The notes: generated by a model from the sequence alone, not told the origin. A DNA stretch of 59,315 bases, filler included, from Sphacelaria rigidula (GCA_964200075.2; 7 parts of 7 records of this genome joined end to end with filler, not necessarily neighbours in it); one strand, 5' to 3'; counted from the first letter of the whole stretch, positions 25,500 to 38,250 are shown. Program-made: numbers and translations.

Positions 25500-28260
25500 T
25501 GTTGAGTGCGTACTCATTCGTTGCTTGCCTTAGTCGTCTGATCATTGACCACGCGTCCCTTTCGAGACGGAGTAACGTTCCCACTCCTAATAGAGACACC
25601 TCCAATATTTAGATACTCGTAATGTTTCTTCCATACATCACACAAAAACATTTTATACATCTCTTCCCCGTCCTGTTTCGCTGTCTGCGGCCACCATTTA
25701 TCTCCTTCCTTGTATAGCCATCGTTTTCTCCGTACTGCCTAATGTGTCACACGATTTTATGCCATCTTCGTTCACGTCCGGCATTTACCCCTCTAGCATG
25801 TCCCATTCCTTCTGGTATAGTTCACATTCTGCCACTTTATGACTTATGCTCTCTATTGCTTGGCCACAGGGACAATTCTGTGCATCTACTTCATCCTCCT
25901 CTCGACTACTGGTGAACATCTTTCTTCTTTCTGGCAGGTCCAGGTTCCCCACCCGAAGTCGCAGTTTCAAATGTTTCGCCGCGTCCATTGGGACATGCAA
26001 TTATGCTTTCATGCCTATCCCGTCTCTCAACCCCCTGAATGTCTTCAGGTGTTCTTCCTCGTCTACGTCGCGTCTCGGCGCTCCTTTTTTTAAGGTGATC
26101 TTCCTCGTCTACTTTGCGTCTGAGCGCTTCCTTTCCCTTGCTTCTATCATGTCTCTTACTCTTGTCTTGTACCCCGCGCCTTCACCTATGGACAATATTT
26201 CGTCTTGGTCTCCTTCCATACTTTTTTGACTTCTCTATCCCATCTTCTTCCAGCGCGCCCTTTCGTCATTTTCTTCCATACAGTCTTATCAACTATAGCT
26301 GGCAATCTCGTTTTCTGCATGTTCTTTACGCTATATTGCCATCGCAATTTCCACATGTCTCTGTTTCAAGTGAGTACATTCTCAACTCTGCTCTCAAAGC
26401 TGTATTACTCGTCGTTTTCGAGCATCCACGTATTTTCTTAGCTGCTGCCATCTGTACTGTTTCCAACCTCTCCACCAACTCCACGTTCCCCTCACATACT
26501 TCTGCATATTTCAGCTTTGGTACGATCACGTTCGTCAGGATGCATCTCTCAATCCTAGTGTCTAGGCGCGGGTCTCTGAGGATCACGTCCATTCTGCCTA
26601 TCTGTGCCTTACCCTTTTCTATTACTTTGTTTATGTGTGCATCCCGAGAACAGTTTCTTGATATCTCTACGCCAGGTATGTATGTATACTGGTCGACGAT
26701 CGGCAGTTCTCCTTCTCCCCACTCCCACTTGAACTCTTCCGGATTTTTCTTATCTTCGTTACATACGAGTGCTGCGCACTTGTTGACGTCCGCTGTCCCT
26801 CTCCATTTCCTAATGTATTCTAGCGCCCTGTCTAATTGCTTCTGTAATCCTTCTGGTGTTTCTGAAACCCCCACAAAAACCATCCGCGAACATCGATCCT
26901 GAAACCATATCTTCACTCACCTTGACTCCTTGCTTTGCTGCTTCTATTGCTAATACCAAGTCATTAATAAATACCTTGAATGAAGTGGGTGATAACGTAC
27001 ATCTTTGTGCAACTCCTTGTAAGATATCAAAATAGCTCGATATTTTACCCCGTCTAGCATCATCGCACTTTTGGCATATTATGTAATCTTTCTCGCCAGT
27101 TTCCACAACTTTCCTCTGATCCCAGCTTCCCACAACATTTCCACAACCCATTTCTCCATACTATGTCATAAGTCTTGTGCACGTCTAGAAAGAAACAGTA
27201 CGTTGTCCGCCCGGTGTCTTTCCTCTTCTGAATAATCTTGCCTATTGTGTACATATGGTCTACGCAACTACGATTTGATCTAAAACGCGCGTGCCCCTCG
27301 ATTACCTTTTTTGCTTATATAGCATCATTCCTACTCTATCGTTCACAATCGTACAGAATGTTTTCCCGACAATGCTTAGTAGCGATATCCCTCTATATTT
27401 TCCAGGCTCAGCCTTGTCTCCTTTGATGAAAAGGTTGAGGACTACTCCTTCTCTCCACCTCTTGGGTGTATACTCGTTTTCAGGGTTTAAAAAGTTCCAC
27501 GCGGGCCTGCGCTGGCGCACTTTTTTTATTTTCAAATGGCCGATACGCACCTGTTGGGAGTTTCTCTCTGCGGCTTGCCGCAGGAAAAACTATTGGGCCG
27601 CACATTTTTCGCCGGAGGCGGGAAAATTTTCTGCGGCCCTCTGTTATTCGCCGGAGGCTAAAAAACTTTTGGGGGGTGTTTTTTCCGCCGCAAGGCTCAT
27701 ACCGTCGAAGTAGCCCCATTTTGAAAAAATCTAGGCGTCTTCAAGACAGGAAAACACGCACACACAAAAAACGCTCCGCGGGGCCCCTCCGGGGGGTCCC
27801 TGCGGGGGACCGCATGTTGCCTTCGGCTCCCGCCTGCGGAGTTTTTCTAACCCTGCTCGTTTTCCCAGATCCAGTTATGCAGCATAACCATCATGGTAAT
27901 CATTCCCTCTCCCCCGTACTCGAGAAAATTCTTCACTATTTCGTCTGCCCCTGCTGCCTTTTTGTTCTTGAGTTCAGCTACGCACTCCCTTACTTCATCT
28001 CTGGTAGACTCTCTCTGCAACTATTTCGAGCCACTATCCTCCCGTTTTGACGCCTTCACATTCGCCCCTGCCCACGTGTTGATTTCTTTTTCGAATCCCT
28101 TGTCCAACTTCGTCTTAGTTTTTGGCGTTTCTAGTTTACGGTAGTGCTCGACTAGCACTTCTCTCTTCCCCTTCGGACTACTGACCATTTTACCGTTCTG
28201 TGCGCGTACTGTGGTTATCCCGCTGTCTATCTTTCCTGCCTGGCTTCCCACCGAATTCCA
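25500..28260 (-). mobile_element. Decayed, 5'-truncated LINE (non-LTR RT, family 1)
   Basis: Frameshifted non-LTR RT motifs: KNKKAAGADEI, WREGVVLNLFIKGDKAEPGKYRGISLLSIVGK, FFLDVHKTYDIVWRNGLW, GVAQRCTLSPTSF, SMFADG. Confidence 0.92.
27481..27855. mobile_element. hAT-like MITE inserted in the LINE RT
   Basis: CAGGGTT...AACCCTG termini with a perfect 8-bp TSD CTCGTTTT (27473-27480 and 27856-27863). The RT reads NWIWENE-YTPKRW across the insert. Confidence 0.9.
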
Positions 28261-29198
28261 AGGGGGAGAAAAAACAAAATCCAAGTTCAAATATACTTCC
28301 AAACGTGATGTAAACAGGTCAAGAGTTGCGGGTTACCCTGAAAACTGAAGAGCAAAAAATGGGGGGGAAGCTCCGTGACCTCTAAAACTCCTGTTCAACA
28401 GCGTTTCATGCGTGATCCAGACACCTCTCTGGTACCATTGGCAAAGTTGACAAAATAATGTAGGGACAAGAACACAGCATGACGGGAACCACTCGAGCGT
28501 TCATGGGACAATTGTAAGAAACGATAGCTCGGATGAACCGCAAGGTCCCCGCGGCCAGCGGCCAGCGGCCAGCGACAAAAAAAAACAAAACGCACACAAG
28601 AAATTATGGCTCATATCGTGAGTTTTTCCTGTTGGCATCCCTCCAATCCTGTATACTACTTTTGTAGTACTCCTACTATTAATAACAATGATCCCCCGGC
28701 GTAAAAACCCCGACCAACCATGTGGAAGCCATGCTGCGGGAGGCGTCGCATATTTGGGCCCAGATCTTTCCCATGCAGGGGCTCCTAAGGTTAGGAGCTT
28801 CACAAGACTATGAGTCAGGACATTCATTCGTTCGAATCCGTTCAGAATACTCCCACGGTAGGCCATTGGTATGCTTATCGTGGCGTGCTGTCACATATTC
28901 CACAAGCTGTTTTTGTGGATGGGACAAAGGGCTCCCAACAATTCGAACTCAAGAAAAAATATTTGTGCACCCCAACCGTACCACCACCTTTACCCTTTTT
29001 CGCAGTTGTAGCTCGATGTGTTCGACGGACATTTTTCATACATCAGTAGAGGCCCACAAGGGATCCGATCATTCAACGAACGCACATGCGGTATATGTAC
29101 GATACCACACCCTGGGCAAACAGAAAACATTGCCCAAGAGTGTATTGCGCACAGCATTGAAATATGTTGTCTATTGCAATTTTATATTTGTCTTGTAT

Positions 29199-29464
29199 GA
29201 GTGATGCTACGGTAGGGGTACACAAATATTTTCTGAGGTTAGATTTATTAGGAGTCCTTTATCTCATCCAAAACACGACTTATGAAAATACGCGAGAATA
29301 TGCCAGGATTACTATTTCAATGTGCTGGGGATATCCCGAATGAACCTGCAAACGGGGATGCCCTGACCCATATTCTTGTGCGTCTNNNNNNNNNNGAATC
29401 GTTAGGAGCCCCTGAACCAGACAAAATTTCGCGAAAAAAGAGCACCCCTAACGTAGCACTGCTC
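29199..29464. mobile_element. MITE with GAG...CTC ends and 4-bp TSD (Sola-like), second copy
   Basis: Reverse-oriented homologue of 5688-5947, with TSD GTAT at 29195-29198 and 29465-29468. Confidence 0.82.
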
Positions 29465-29669
29465 GTATATTTGTTTGTCGTACTTTGAACCCGTTCCTTT
29501 CCTCGGGACGAGTCCGTGGTCTCAAGGGATCAACCCATCTCTCCCCGATCTATTGCCATGCATAAAATAGTCAATACTGTACGCGGTACACTGTTTGACA
29601 AAGTTGCACACCCTAGATGATGACAATATATAGTCAAAAGTTGACAAAAAATGTACTGTAATAATAATA

Positions 29670-29739
29670 TATAGGCCTATTGCAACTATTGCCGTTTTGC
29701 GACTATTGCCGCATCGACAATAGTTGCAATAGGCCTATA
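29670..29739. repeat. 70-nt hairpin / mini-MITE
   Basis: Perfect 22-bp arms TATAGGCCTATTGCAACTATTG / CAATAGTTGCAATAGGCCTATA. Confidence 0.85.
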
Positions 29740-29835
29740 CTTTATGCAACTACGTTTTTCGTCTATTACAACCATTAACCATGTAGTTCAGGGTGGGCGA
29801 TGCTGTCTATTGTCCAGGGTATGTGCGACCCATAC

Positions 29836-29953
29836 CTTGGGCACTTCTGCCACGTCCATCATCTGACGGCTGCGGCTGCCCGCCCCACCACCACCAACGC
29901 CGTGCACGATTCGCTCGAACATCATGAGCCTCTTGGACCCGTCGTAGTGCGGT
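29836..29953 (-). CDS. Two-pore channel (TPC)-like protein, internal exon
   Basis: CAG/GT-bounded exon RPHYDGSKRLMMFERIVHG...EVPK, phase-compatible with the EF-hand exon. Confidence 0.6.
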
Positions 29954-30130
29954 CTGTTCCGAGAATTAAAAAATAATAATAATAAGGGGGGCCGGGGCAG
30001 AAGGAGACATGGTAGAAACAGAAAAGCGAAGCAGGTACAAGCAAGGACAAAGGCAGTAAAAAAAAAAAAGTGTGAGTGTGAGGTAAGCAAGGCAAGCATG
30101 GCAAGTAATGCGGGCGAAGCAACGAGGCAA

Positions 30131-30221
30131 GCAAAAGCAAAAAGCAAAAAGCAAAAAGCAAAAAGCAAAAAGCAAAAAGCAAAAAGCAAAAAGCAAAAAG
30201 CAAAAAGCAAAAAGCAAAAAA
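30131..30221. repeat. (GCAAAAA)n microsatellite
   Basis: About 13 tandem heptamers. Confidence 0.95.
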
Positions 30222-31125
30222 AACAGAGTCAGAGGCAAAAAAGCGGCCATCGTCGAATTCCTGGTGGGTCAATGAATGAACCCACGTGCCTCCCCCCCCA
30301 AGGTCGCGTTGAAGTGAAAGTCACGTTGAAGTTGTTCGTAATTTTACGATCCCCTTCCCCCTCCACTCCCCACCCCCTTCCACGAATTTTTTTCTTGCAT
30401 GAACAACACAACAGGCATAGAAGCACCCCGCAGCAGCCGGTATATATCATCAACCCGTTCCTCGAGGTGTTCCGCCACTAACATCATGAGTCATGACCAC
30501 CACCGACAAAACAATCAGAGTATTGCACGTGTAGAAGCGAAGACACGCAGAAGCAAGGACGTACGCGATTCAAAACGAAGAATTGATATAATATTACCCA
30601 CTCTCAGTTCACAGAGCAAACCATGGGGGAAAGAAACACACACGCACACACATACACATACGCCACACCACACCACACCACACAAAACCGCTACAGCAAA
30701 GCGCAGGGGAAAAAAAAAACAAGAAAACAATGACTTGTCGCAGACAACCCCGACGCCCGTCTGTCACTTCGTGACCAGAAGAGCGTAATGCCATGCACCG
30801 TATATGCTGCACAAATCTGAAGCATGATTGAACGGTCGGCGTAGGTGGTATGCTTGACCGCATTCATGCCCGCGAATAGTCGCCATCAAGAGCTTGCTTG
30901 AGACCGTACAGAGGATGTCCCAAGACTGACCCCTCATGTTCATATTCAGCGACGTGTAGGTAGCTTGACGATGCTTTATTTTGCCAAAATGTACATACAC
31001 AAGCGCGCCATTACCCACCATACATTGTAAACTCCGACTTATCGGGCAACAATCGTCCCGACGAGGGGGGGGGGGTTGAAAGTACGACGAAGGGACGGGG
31101 AGGAAAATGGGGAAGCCATATACAC

Positions 31126-31203
31126 CTTATCTTCATGAGCAGCACCATAACCGTCTCCCTCGACAGAAAGCCCTTCCCGCTTAAATCCAACACGTCGAAC
31201 GCC
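31126..31203 (-). CDS. TPC-like protein, EF-hand exon
   Basis: AFDVLDLSGKGFLSRETVMVLLMKI is an EF-hand helix-loop-helix. CAG/GT boundaries. Confidence 0.75.
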
Positions 31204-31368
31204 CTGGGTAGAAATATTATGTGCGTATTCATCCACAAGACGGGGGAGGGGGGAGGGGAGGCGGGTTAATTTTTTTTGTGGAGCACAAAATGGAGAACAA
31301 CCATATCCACTGTATCATGTGCCTCACGGGACGGGTGCTTGTGAAACGCGGCAAGTGTATGTGTGTTT

Positions 31369-31720
31369 GCGTCGTCATCCCATCTATTCTGGACGCCGAT
31401 CTACACATTTCGGTTTATGTGGGCGCACCAGCCGGGGTCCCACAGGAGGAAGACCGTCACAGAAGCTTTTTCCCTTGTATTTGTTTACAGTCCTCCCCCT
31501 TCCTTCTGCGGTGCTTGCCTTCATCTTTTATCGCGAGAGGGGTTCAGCAGTCCTCTTCCCTCGTCGACCGTTGAGTCGAATTTTGTGTATCTACGACATA
31601 GTCGCTCTCCACCGTTGGGCATTGTGTGGGGAAACATCCCAGATCGCTCCGAGATTCGAACCCTCGACCCAACCGTCAGAAGGTTTCGAGGTTACCAACT
31701 GAGCCACCGGGGCGACCAGC
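31369..31720 (-). mobile_element. tRNA-derived SINE
   Basis: Head with TGGCTCAGTTGGT (A box) and GGTTCGAATC (B box). Homologous to 14373-14700. Confidence 0.8.
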
Positions 31721-32712
31721 CTATTGGAAACACATAACTGGACCCAGCAACCACGCATGTTTTCACATCCGTGCAGTCATAATCATGATCACATGCTGCG
31801 TACTGTAGTCATCTAGACCAATAGGCGGGGATGCTGCTGGCACTCATACCTCAGCTGGCATACAAGGGGGGTAGGGGGGTACATGACACCTACACGAGGG
31901 CAACCACGGGAACTCGACGACGTCATTGTACCATAAAAAACTGCGCATACCCCCACAGCCCCCAACCCGCTCTGCCACGTACACGTACACTGGAGCTAGG
32001 CTCTACAGCATGCTCATGAGCCTGGTAGAGGTGGATCGTCCGGGGGTTTCGATCGTCTATTCACATATGCATGTATGGGCTAGATTGGGGTACAGTAGCC
32101 GTTTTTTGTGGTCGAATCACGCCTCAATATTTTTCCCGCTTCCTTGTCTTTCATCTCCTGAAAAAAATTGAATCGCGTCTGGACGGAATTGTGTTGGGAA
32201 AAAAGGAAGATAAAAAAAAAAAAGTTCCGAATAAAGAATGCATTCGATCGGGATAAAAACGCATGGAAAATGTTCCAAAGAAGAGAGTAAATCACTGAAC
32301 CGCGGGAGATCGTTTATGGAAAATCTTCCGGAAATAGCCATCACCACACCACGTACGCAGAGTGATCTAGTGAGGAAATGTACGCGTGTTGGGCGAACCC
32401 CTGAAGCTGATTTTTTTTTCTCAACTCTCTCTCGCTAGAGGCGTAGAAATCGATTTCAGTATTTATCTTGAGGGGAGAAGATGGATTTATCTTCAACAAC
32501 AAAAAGCATAAGATGGGGGTAATTTATGGAAACTGTTCCGAAAAGAATTACATTTATGGAAAGACTTGATGGTGATGACTATTCCGACAAGCATGACAAG
32601 AATATCAGGCGTGATATGGATGAAAATATTGATATTCCGACATGATGAGTAACGCAAGTTTGGTGAAAAAGAAGGAAAGGATGCACTATGAGTGTTGGTT
32701 TTTAGTGCCCAC

Positions 32713-32789
32713 CTCCTGACGCTGACTTCTCTCCACTTCTTCTTGCTGCGCGCGTAGATCTTCATCCGCTCCCCGAACTCGTTCCAAAC
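32713..32789 (-). CDS. TPC-like protein, post-S6 linker exon
   Basis: TAG/GT-bounded VWNEFGERMKIYARSKKKWREVSVR splices in frame to RAFDVLD. It resembles the TPC (AV)VYxxF/Y...R...AFxLLD linker. Confidence 0.65.
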
Positions 32790-33457
32790 CTATCAGAAAA
32801 GCGAGTTTGCAGTTTGAAAAAAAAGAAAAGAGGAGAGAACACTTTTGGCCACACGCGACGACATTCTACTGCAGGATAACGCAGAATAATTTCTCGCCTC
32901 TCCAAACTTCGAAATCTCGGGCAAGGCGGTGGGTGTTCTGCGCTGCTCGCTGCTTTAGACGTTGGCCAAATGTATATGTACGCTCAAGGAACAACCGATA
33001 TGGTGTGTCGCCAGTTCAGCCTTAAATACGTCAAAGTATCTCCGGAGACCCGGTCGTATTCCCTTCAAAACTCTTGCATTGATCACATCAGAGCACCTCC
33101 GGAGACTCGGCTGACTTTCCTTCAATCTTGCGTTCCACGAACACTTGATCACGGCGGTAAATGGATCCCAACCTTTCCTTTTGTTCCTGAAGCGCACATT
33201 TGACCTGTGAGCCAGTTGAGCGTCAAAGATATCTCCGAATCGAAGAGCAGCTGGTCCTCTACGAAATGCAGCCATGAGCAAGAGACAAGCGTGCAACACA
33301 CACCTCGAAACATATCCCGCTGACCGTGTACGCATGGTTTCAAAGTACTGTACACTGTATATATAATTATATATATATATATATATATCCCTTTTACGAG
33401 TGCCCCAGAACAAGAGTTCCAGATCGAATATCCAAAAATACAAGGCAACACAACAAA

Positions 33458-33458
<1 letters not shown>

Positions 33459-33507
<49 letters not shown>

Positions 33508-33589
33508 TCAACATCAACATCAACATCAACATCAACATCAACATCAACATCAACATCAACATCAACATCAACATCAACAACATCATCAA
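33459..33589. repeat. Compound (AAC)n/(AACATC)n microsatellite
   Basis: Directly visible tandem arrays. Confidence 0.95.
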
Positions 33590-34891
33590 GAACAACAGAA
33601 CGAAGTGATTTCATCTGGATGAACATCTTTAAATCTACCCCTACATATGTTTTCCCGATAGCATGTACACTAGCAACCCGCTCACAGAAAACACACCATA
33701 CTGTCCTATTGAACCCAGGCGGGACACTCAGAGTAAGGTCACGAACCGGGCCGAACAATTCCCTGACAGCCCAATACCCATGTACTTCCTCTGTTTCACA
33801 AGTCTGGGAACCTATCTTAGTACGAGCCCTTAACGGTGTCCGATTTGATTTTTAANNNNNNNNNNNNNNNNNNNNNNNNNNNNNNNNNNNNNNNNNNNNT
33901 TAATTAATTAANNNNNNNNNNNNNNNNNNNNNNNNNNNNNNNNNNNNNNNNNNNNGGGGTGGGGAGTGGGGGGGCCGATGGGGCTTCCGGGGATCGTCAG
34001 AGGCCCATCGGGGGGGGATCAAAGTCCCAGGTGCTCGCCAGCGTGTGCAGGATGCGGCCGTGTTTAACTCGATGGCGTAGGCGCCAATACGAGCTCTGCC
34101 AGCGCCACCTTTGCCTCGGGGACCCTTTGGATCTCTCACCTGAGGGCTGTAGGAATGCCTCAAGTTGGGGATAGGGTTTGCGTCAGCGTTCAGAGTTGAA
34201 CAAAAAAACAAGTCATGTATCGATCATGGAAATTGGCGACCAACTTACGCAAGAGAATGTACCTCGACACACTAACGTGCCTGATATTGTTGTGTCCACC
34301 ATGTGAGGAGTTTCAAGGACATCGACACTCGCGACTCTATCCCGGCGAAGGAGGCGTTCAAAGACCGATAGTAGTACCCTGTGATTTCGTGGGTCAAGCG
34401 CCCATTCGCCTCTCAAAAGTTGAGCTGTACCATGACTTCATCATCTCCCTCCTCCACGAGTCTGGTGCGGTGAAAACCCGGGGTGCTCCGTCCGAGCTTT
34501 GTAGGGATACGAGGTCAACGGTCTGGTGAATGCGGCATGCAAGATCACCAGTACACCCTCCTCGACGAGCCTGGTCCGGCGAAAACCCTGCGTGCCGGCT
34601 TGGTAGGGATGCGAGATCAAATATCTTATGATTACGGTATGCAACATCATGAGTACACCCTCCTCCACGACACGGAGATTTGAACCCTGCCCTTTTTCAC
34701 TACCCTCGTATCATGTCTATCTGATCCTTTTTCTGGACGAGAAGAAGCTGTGTATCTTGTGGCCTTGATTCAGCGGTACTCTTCAAAATTTCGAAGTGCA
34801 TCGTGAATATCCTTTTAAACAAGAAAATATAACACCCAAGATTATCTCCCAAAACCGTACACATGCACATACACACGAACAAAAAACACAG

Positions 34892-35159
34892 ATTCGTCGC
34901 CAGGAGCGGTCTGACCCGCTTGAAACGGTACCAAATAGACCGGGTTTTTCACTCGGGCGGACCGGGTCCAAGTGGACACGCTAGAGAAATGTGGGAAGCG
35001 GATTTTGACATCGTGGCATCAGAAATTTCTCCCGCCAGCGTAGGTGCCGGGCTGTCCTTAGGATTGGACGAGATCAGAAGCGGCGGGATTGGTGCTGCTT
35101 CGATTGGTGCCGGCTCGTTTGAGGTGGCGGAGGCGGAGGCCGTTCTCGTTGTGTCGCAG
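34892..35159 (+). CDS. GCN2: eIF2-alpha kinase GCN2, HisRS-like domain exon
   Basis: RFVARSGLTRLKRYQIDRVF...HAREMWEADFDIV...AEAEAVLVVSQ fits the GCN2 RYVAR...LKRY-I-RVF...E--E-AFDIV motif. CAG/GT boundaries. Confidence 0.85.
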
Positions 35160-36040
35160 GTGCGGTAGTGGATATTTTGCCGCAGTTTTGTCTTGTATTT
35201 GTTTCTCTACAAAAAAAATGATCGTGTATTGTTGCGGGTGCGTCTTTTTTTACCCCCCTTTTTTTCATTGAACCGTCTCATCAGCTCTTTTTATGTTTAG
35301 ACCAGTTTAATGTTTAGACCAGAGGTCAAAAGATCAAATAATCCCGGATAAGCATCGCTTATTTTTCGTACAAACACCACTCTTTTAGTGGATAATGCGT
35401 GTGTATGTGTTACTGCTACTATTTGCTTGGATAGGAGGTTTTCTGTGTCGGTTGGTCATGTCGTAGAAGGGAAAATGTCTTACCTATACGAGTATGTAAA
35501 AGTACGTTACATGCATGGAGTATGACGCAGCATTATTATTCACATCTTCATACCATCAAGTGTCACGCAGTGCTTCGAGTTTTGTCGTATACTAGACAAA
35601 GTCCACTGAGGTCTCGGACGATATTTGGAGCGGCAGGACTGATGCCGTTCGGTTTTTGGTTTGAGATTGTGGAAGTTTGAGATTCTTGTTTTTGTTTCCC
35701 TCCGTTGCGCTGCGTCGCCCTAGGTGCGATCGCTGTCTACAGCTCCAGATTCGGTTATTATAGACAGCATGGTGGGTTGTGGCGCAGTTGCCATGTAGGT
35801 AATGGCGGACCAAAACAGTTCCCCGCAGTCGGGCGCAAGTATGCGATGGCTAAATGCATACTCGGTTTTGGTGTAGGGCCATCAAATTCGGATGTTTGGG
35901 GGCTCATAATGCCAAGCGGTGGTTCAGGGAGTACGCAGCGTTCGCAGCAGGCGTTTTGGCTCAAGAACGCACAATTTGTCCAGGGTATCAAAGTATGCAC
36001 CCGGCACGCCTTGGGTTGGAGTTGGGGTTTTGTCGCTCTC

Positions 36041-36100
36041 GTTTGCGTTTGCGTTCCCGTTTGCGTTTGCGTTTGCATTTGCATTTGCATTTGCATTTGC
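36041..36100. repeat. (TTTGCG/TTTGCA)n microsatellite
   Basis: Directly visible hexamer array. Confidence 0.9.
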
Positions 36101-36808
36101 AGTTCCAACCGTTCAGCCATCGGATTTCAACGCCTAACTGGGGTAAAAACTTCGCCTCCGGCAGCTTTTGTTGGGGAGTAACGCGAAATCCATTTGTTAT
36201 TTTGTTCTTGCTCTTGTTCGGCCGGCGGCGTACTGTGGGTGATGATACACCATCTCCACAGAGGGAGGGGAGACAGGGGCACGCGGGTTTCCGGTTTGGT
36301 CCGGGAACAAAGTGTCAATGAAAAGAGGCGGAAACTGCTGATCGAAGCAAAAGAAAGTTTTCTGATGGTCGGCTGGGATGTTATCCACGATCTTTAAAGC
36401 GGAGTCTCTTGATGAGGTCATCCTCGCCGCGTAATTGGCTGCAATGATGAATATCCATTACATAATTCATAAATGGTAACCCAAGGGCTAACATTAACCG
36501 CCACATGTTTTTTCCTGAAATGTTCATTTTTTTCTTCAAAAACACGTCTTTTCTAGAAATCGTAAGAGCAGAGTTCTGAACCGGGCCGGGCAACAGATCA
36601 AGCCAAGACTGGCCCTAGATTCCTCCGAAAATCTAGCGTCCGAATTTTCATCGTTTCTTTTTGGGGGGGAGAAATCGGGGGAAATTCCAATTTTTGCTTG
36701 AAAAAAAAAAGAAAGCAAAAGAAATTTTGGGAAAAAATGCCTCGTTAGTAATATGACCCGTAAGACTTGTTCGTTGGATTCGCGAAACTGGATGTGTTTG
36801 GCTCGTAG

Positions 36809-36922
36809 GTCATGGGAACGTTCGGATCTTCCCTTGGTCCGTGGTTTCTTCGACTGGGCAACGTGAAAATGTCCCAGGCGATACTGGAGCTGTGCCACGT
36901 GCCTCCCGACTCACGCCCCATG
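36809..36922 (+). CDS. GCN2: GCN2 internal exon
   Basis: TAG/GT-bounded 114-bp exon VMGTFGSSLGPWFLRLGNVKMSQAILELCHVPPDSRPM, similar to the GCN2 IxLNHxxLLxAILxxCGIP segment. Phase 0/0. Confidence 0.78.
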
Positions 36923-37619
36923 GTATGTATTTGGTGTCCTTGTTTGATTTTTGGATTTTTGTTTTTTTTCCGCGCCACAGTCCCAACCCCTGCACTTACC
37001 CGGGATGAATCTGTGGCCTCACGAGGGTACAACCCATATGTCACCCGGTACACGCCTTCTATCTTTGTATCATCGCGAATTGGATCATGACCAAACACTC
37101 TCGCACCGCCTCTACACTCTCCAAATATAATCTTCGGCGTAAACTGTACGGAACAGTTCATTGTACGTGCTAGACAGGGCTTTTTGCCACGGTGTGTACG
37201 AATATAAGTGTAGTTAATGCATACCTTGACAGAGGGTTTTGTTTAGCGCACACTGTGAAAACGGTATATTTGATTTGATGTATTAACCTGTTTTTGTTGT
37301 ACGTATGAGAAACACTGTCCGTTATATCCGCCGAGCACTTTTATAATAGTATTACAGCATAGTTGATCTATTTGATCTACTTGGACAGAGCGTTATGTTC
37401 AGCTCACACTAAAAACGAACATTCTTGGTCGGTATATGTATCTGCGTCTGTCTTCCATGCAATACAGACAACAGCGTTCCTTGTGTTCCAGCGGCTCATA
37501 TTAAATGTCATGAGTTGACCTTCGTAGCCCGTATGTACCTCCTCAAAAGGGTGAAATTTGTTGTTCAATCTGCTCTCCCGCTACGTTTTGTGCCATGTTC
37601 TGATTCATCGTCGTCGCAG

Positions 37620-37670
37620 GTGACCGTACTATTGGGGAAACTGGCCCGCGGATCTGTGACTCCAGCCAAG
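37620..37670 (+). CDS. GCN2: GCN2 internal exon (probable)
   Basis: CAG/GTAAC-bounded 51-bp exon VTVLLGKLARGSVTPAK. Phase 0/0. Confidence 0.6.
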
Positions 37671-38152
37671 GTAACGCGTGTGGGCGACGATGTAAGATCG
37701 ATCGCAACCGACTATATGCCGTGAAACTACCAGACGCTCTTTAACGCGGAGTCGGCGAAGAACGGCTAGTCGAGAGGATATTCTCTCACAAATATTATTT
37801 AGAGTCATACCACATTTGGGCCCAGATGCTTCTCTTCGAGGTGCTTCTGTAGCGAAGAGGTACACGAGAGTATCGGTCCGAACATTCTCGTTTTAACCTT
37901 CACTTGAGACATCCCTTGATCAGTGGAATGCTATATCGTGGGGCGCTCTCACATGCATCATAGGTCGTTTATTGGGTGAGATGACGGGCTTCTAACACTT
38001 TGAACCTGAGGAATGTTCTGTGCACCCCCACCGTGGCATCACTCTGCGTCGTGATGAAGTGTTCGTAGACAACGGCGATTGTGTAATGACCATCTTGTGT
38101 TTTTGCTGCTGAGTTTTTTGGTGTGTCTTTTTGACAGCTTGTACTCGGTTTA

Positions 38153-38235
38153 GTGATGATGATAATGATGATGATTATAATGATAATGATGATGATGATG
38201 ATGACGATGATGATGATGATGATGATGATGATGAT
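38153..38235. repeat. (GAT)n microsatellite
   Basis: Directly visible, just upstream of an acceptor site. Confidence 0.95.
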
Positions 38236-38250
38236 AACAACACTTTCCAG

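Noticed and set aside
26114..26902. 262-aa plus-strand ORF (also 17562-18128 and 24651-25232)
   Set aside because: These are antisense shadows of LINE or Gypsy sequence, with no recognisable motifs.
31620..31720. tRNA gene (also at 14610-14700, 41372-41445 and 54495-54580)
   Set aside because: A/B boxes are present, but there is no proper acceptor stem and each head is fused to a non-tRNA body, so these are SINE heads.
32955..33855. Long ORFs with poly-DV, QH, ST or LM runs
   Set aside because: They are products of stop-free microsatellites. The same applies to 29788-30481, 35705-36321 and 38131-38488.
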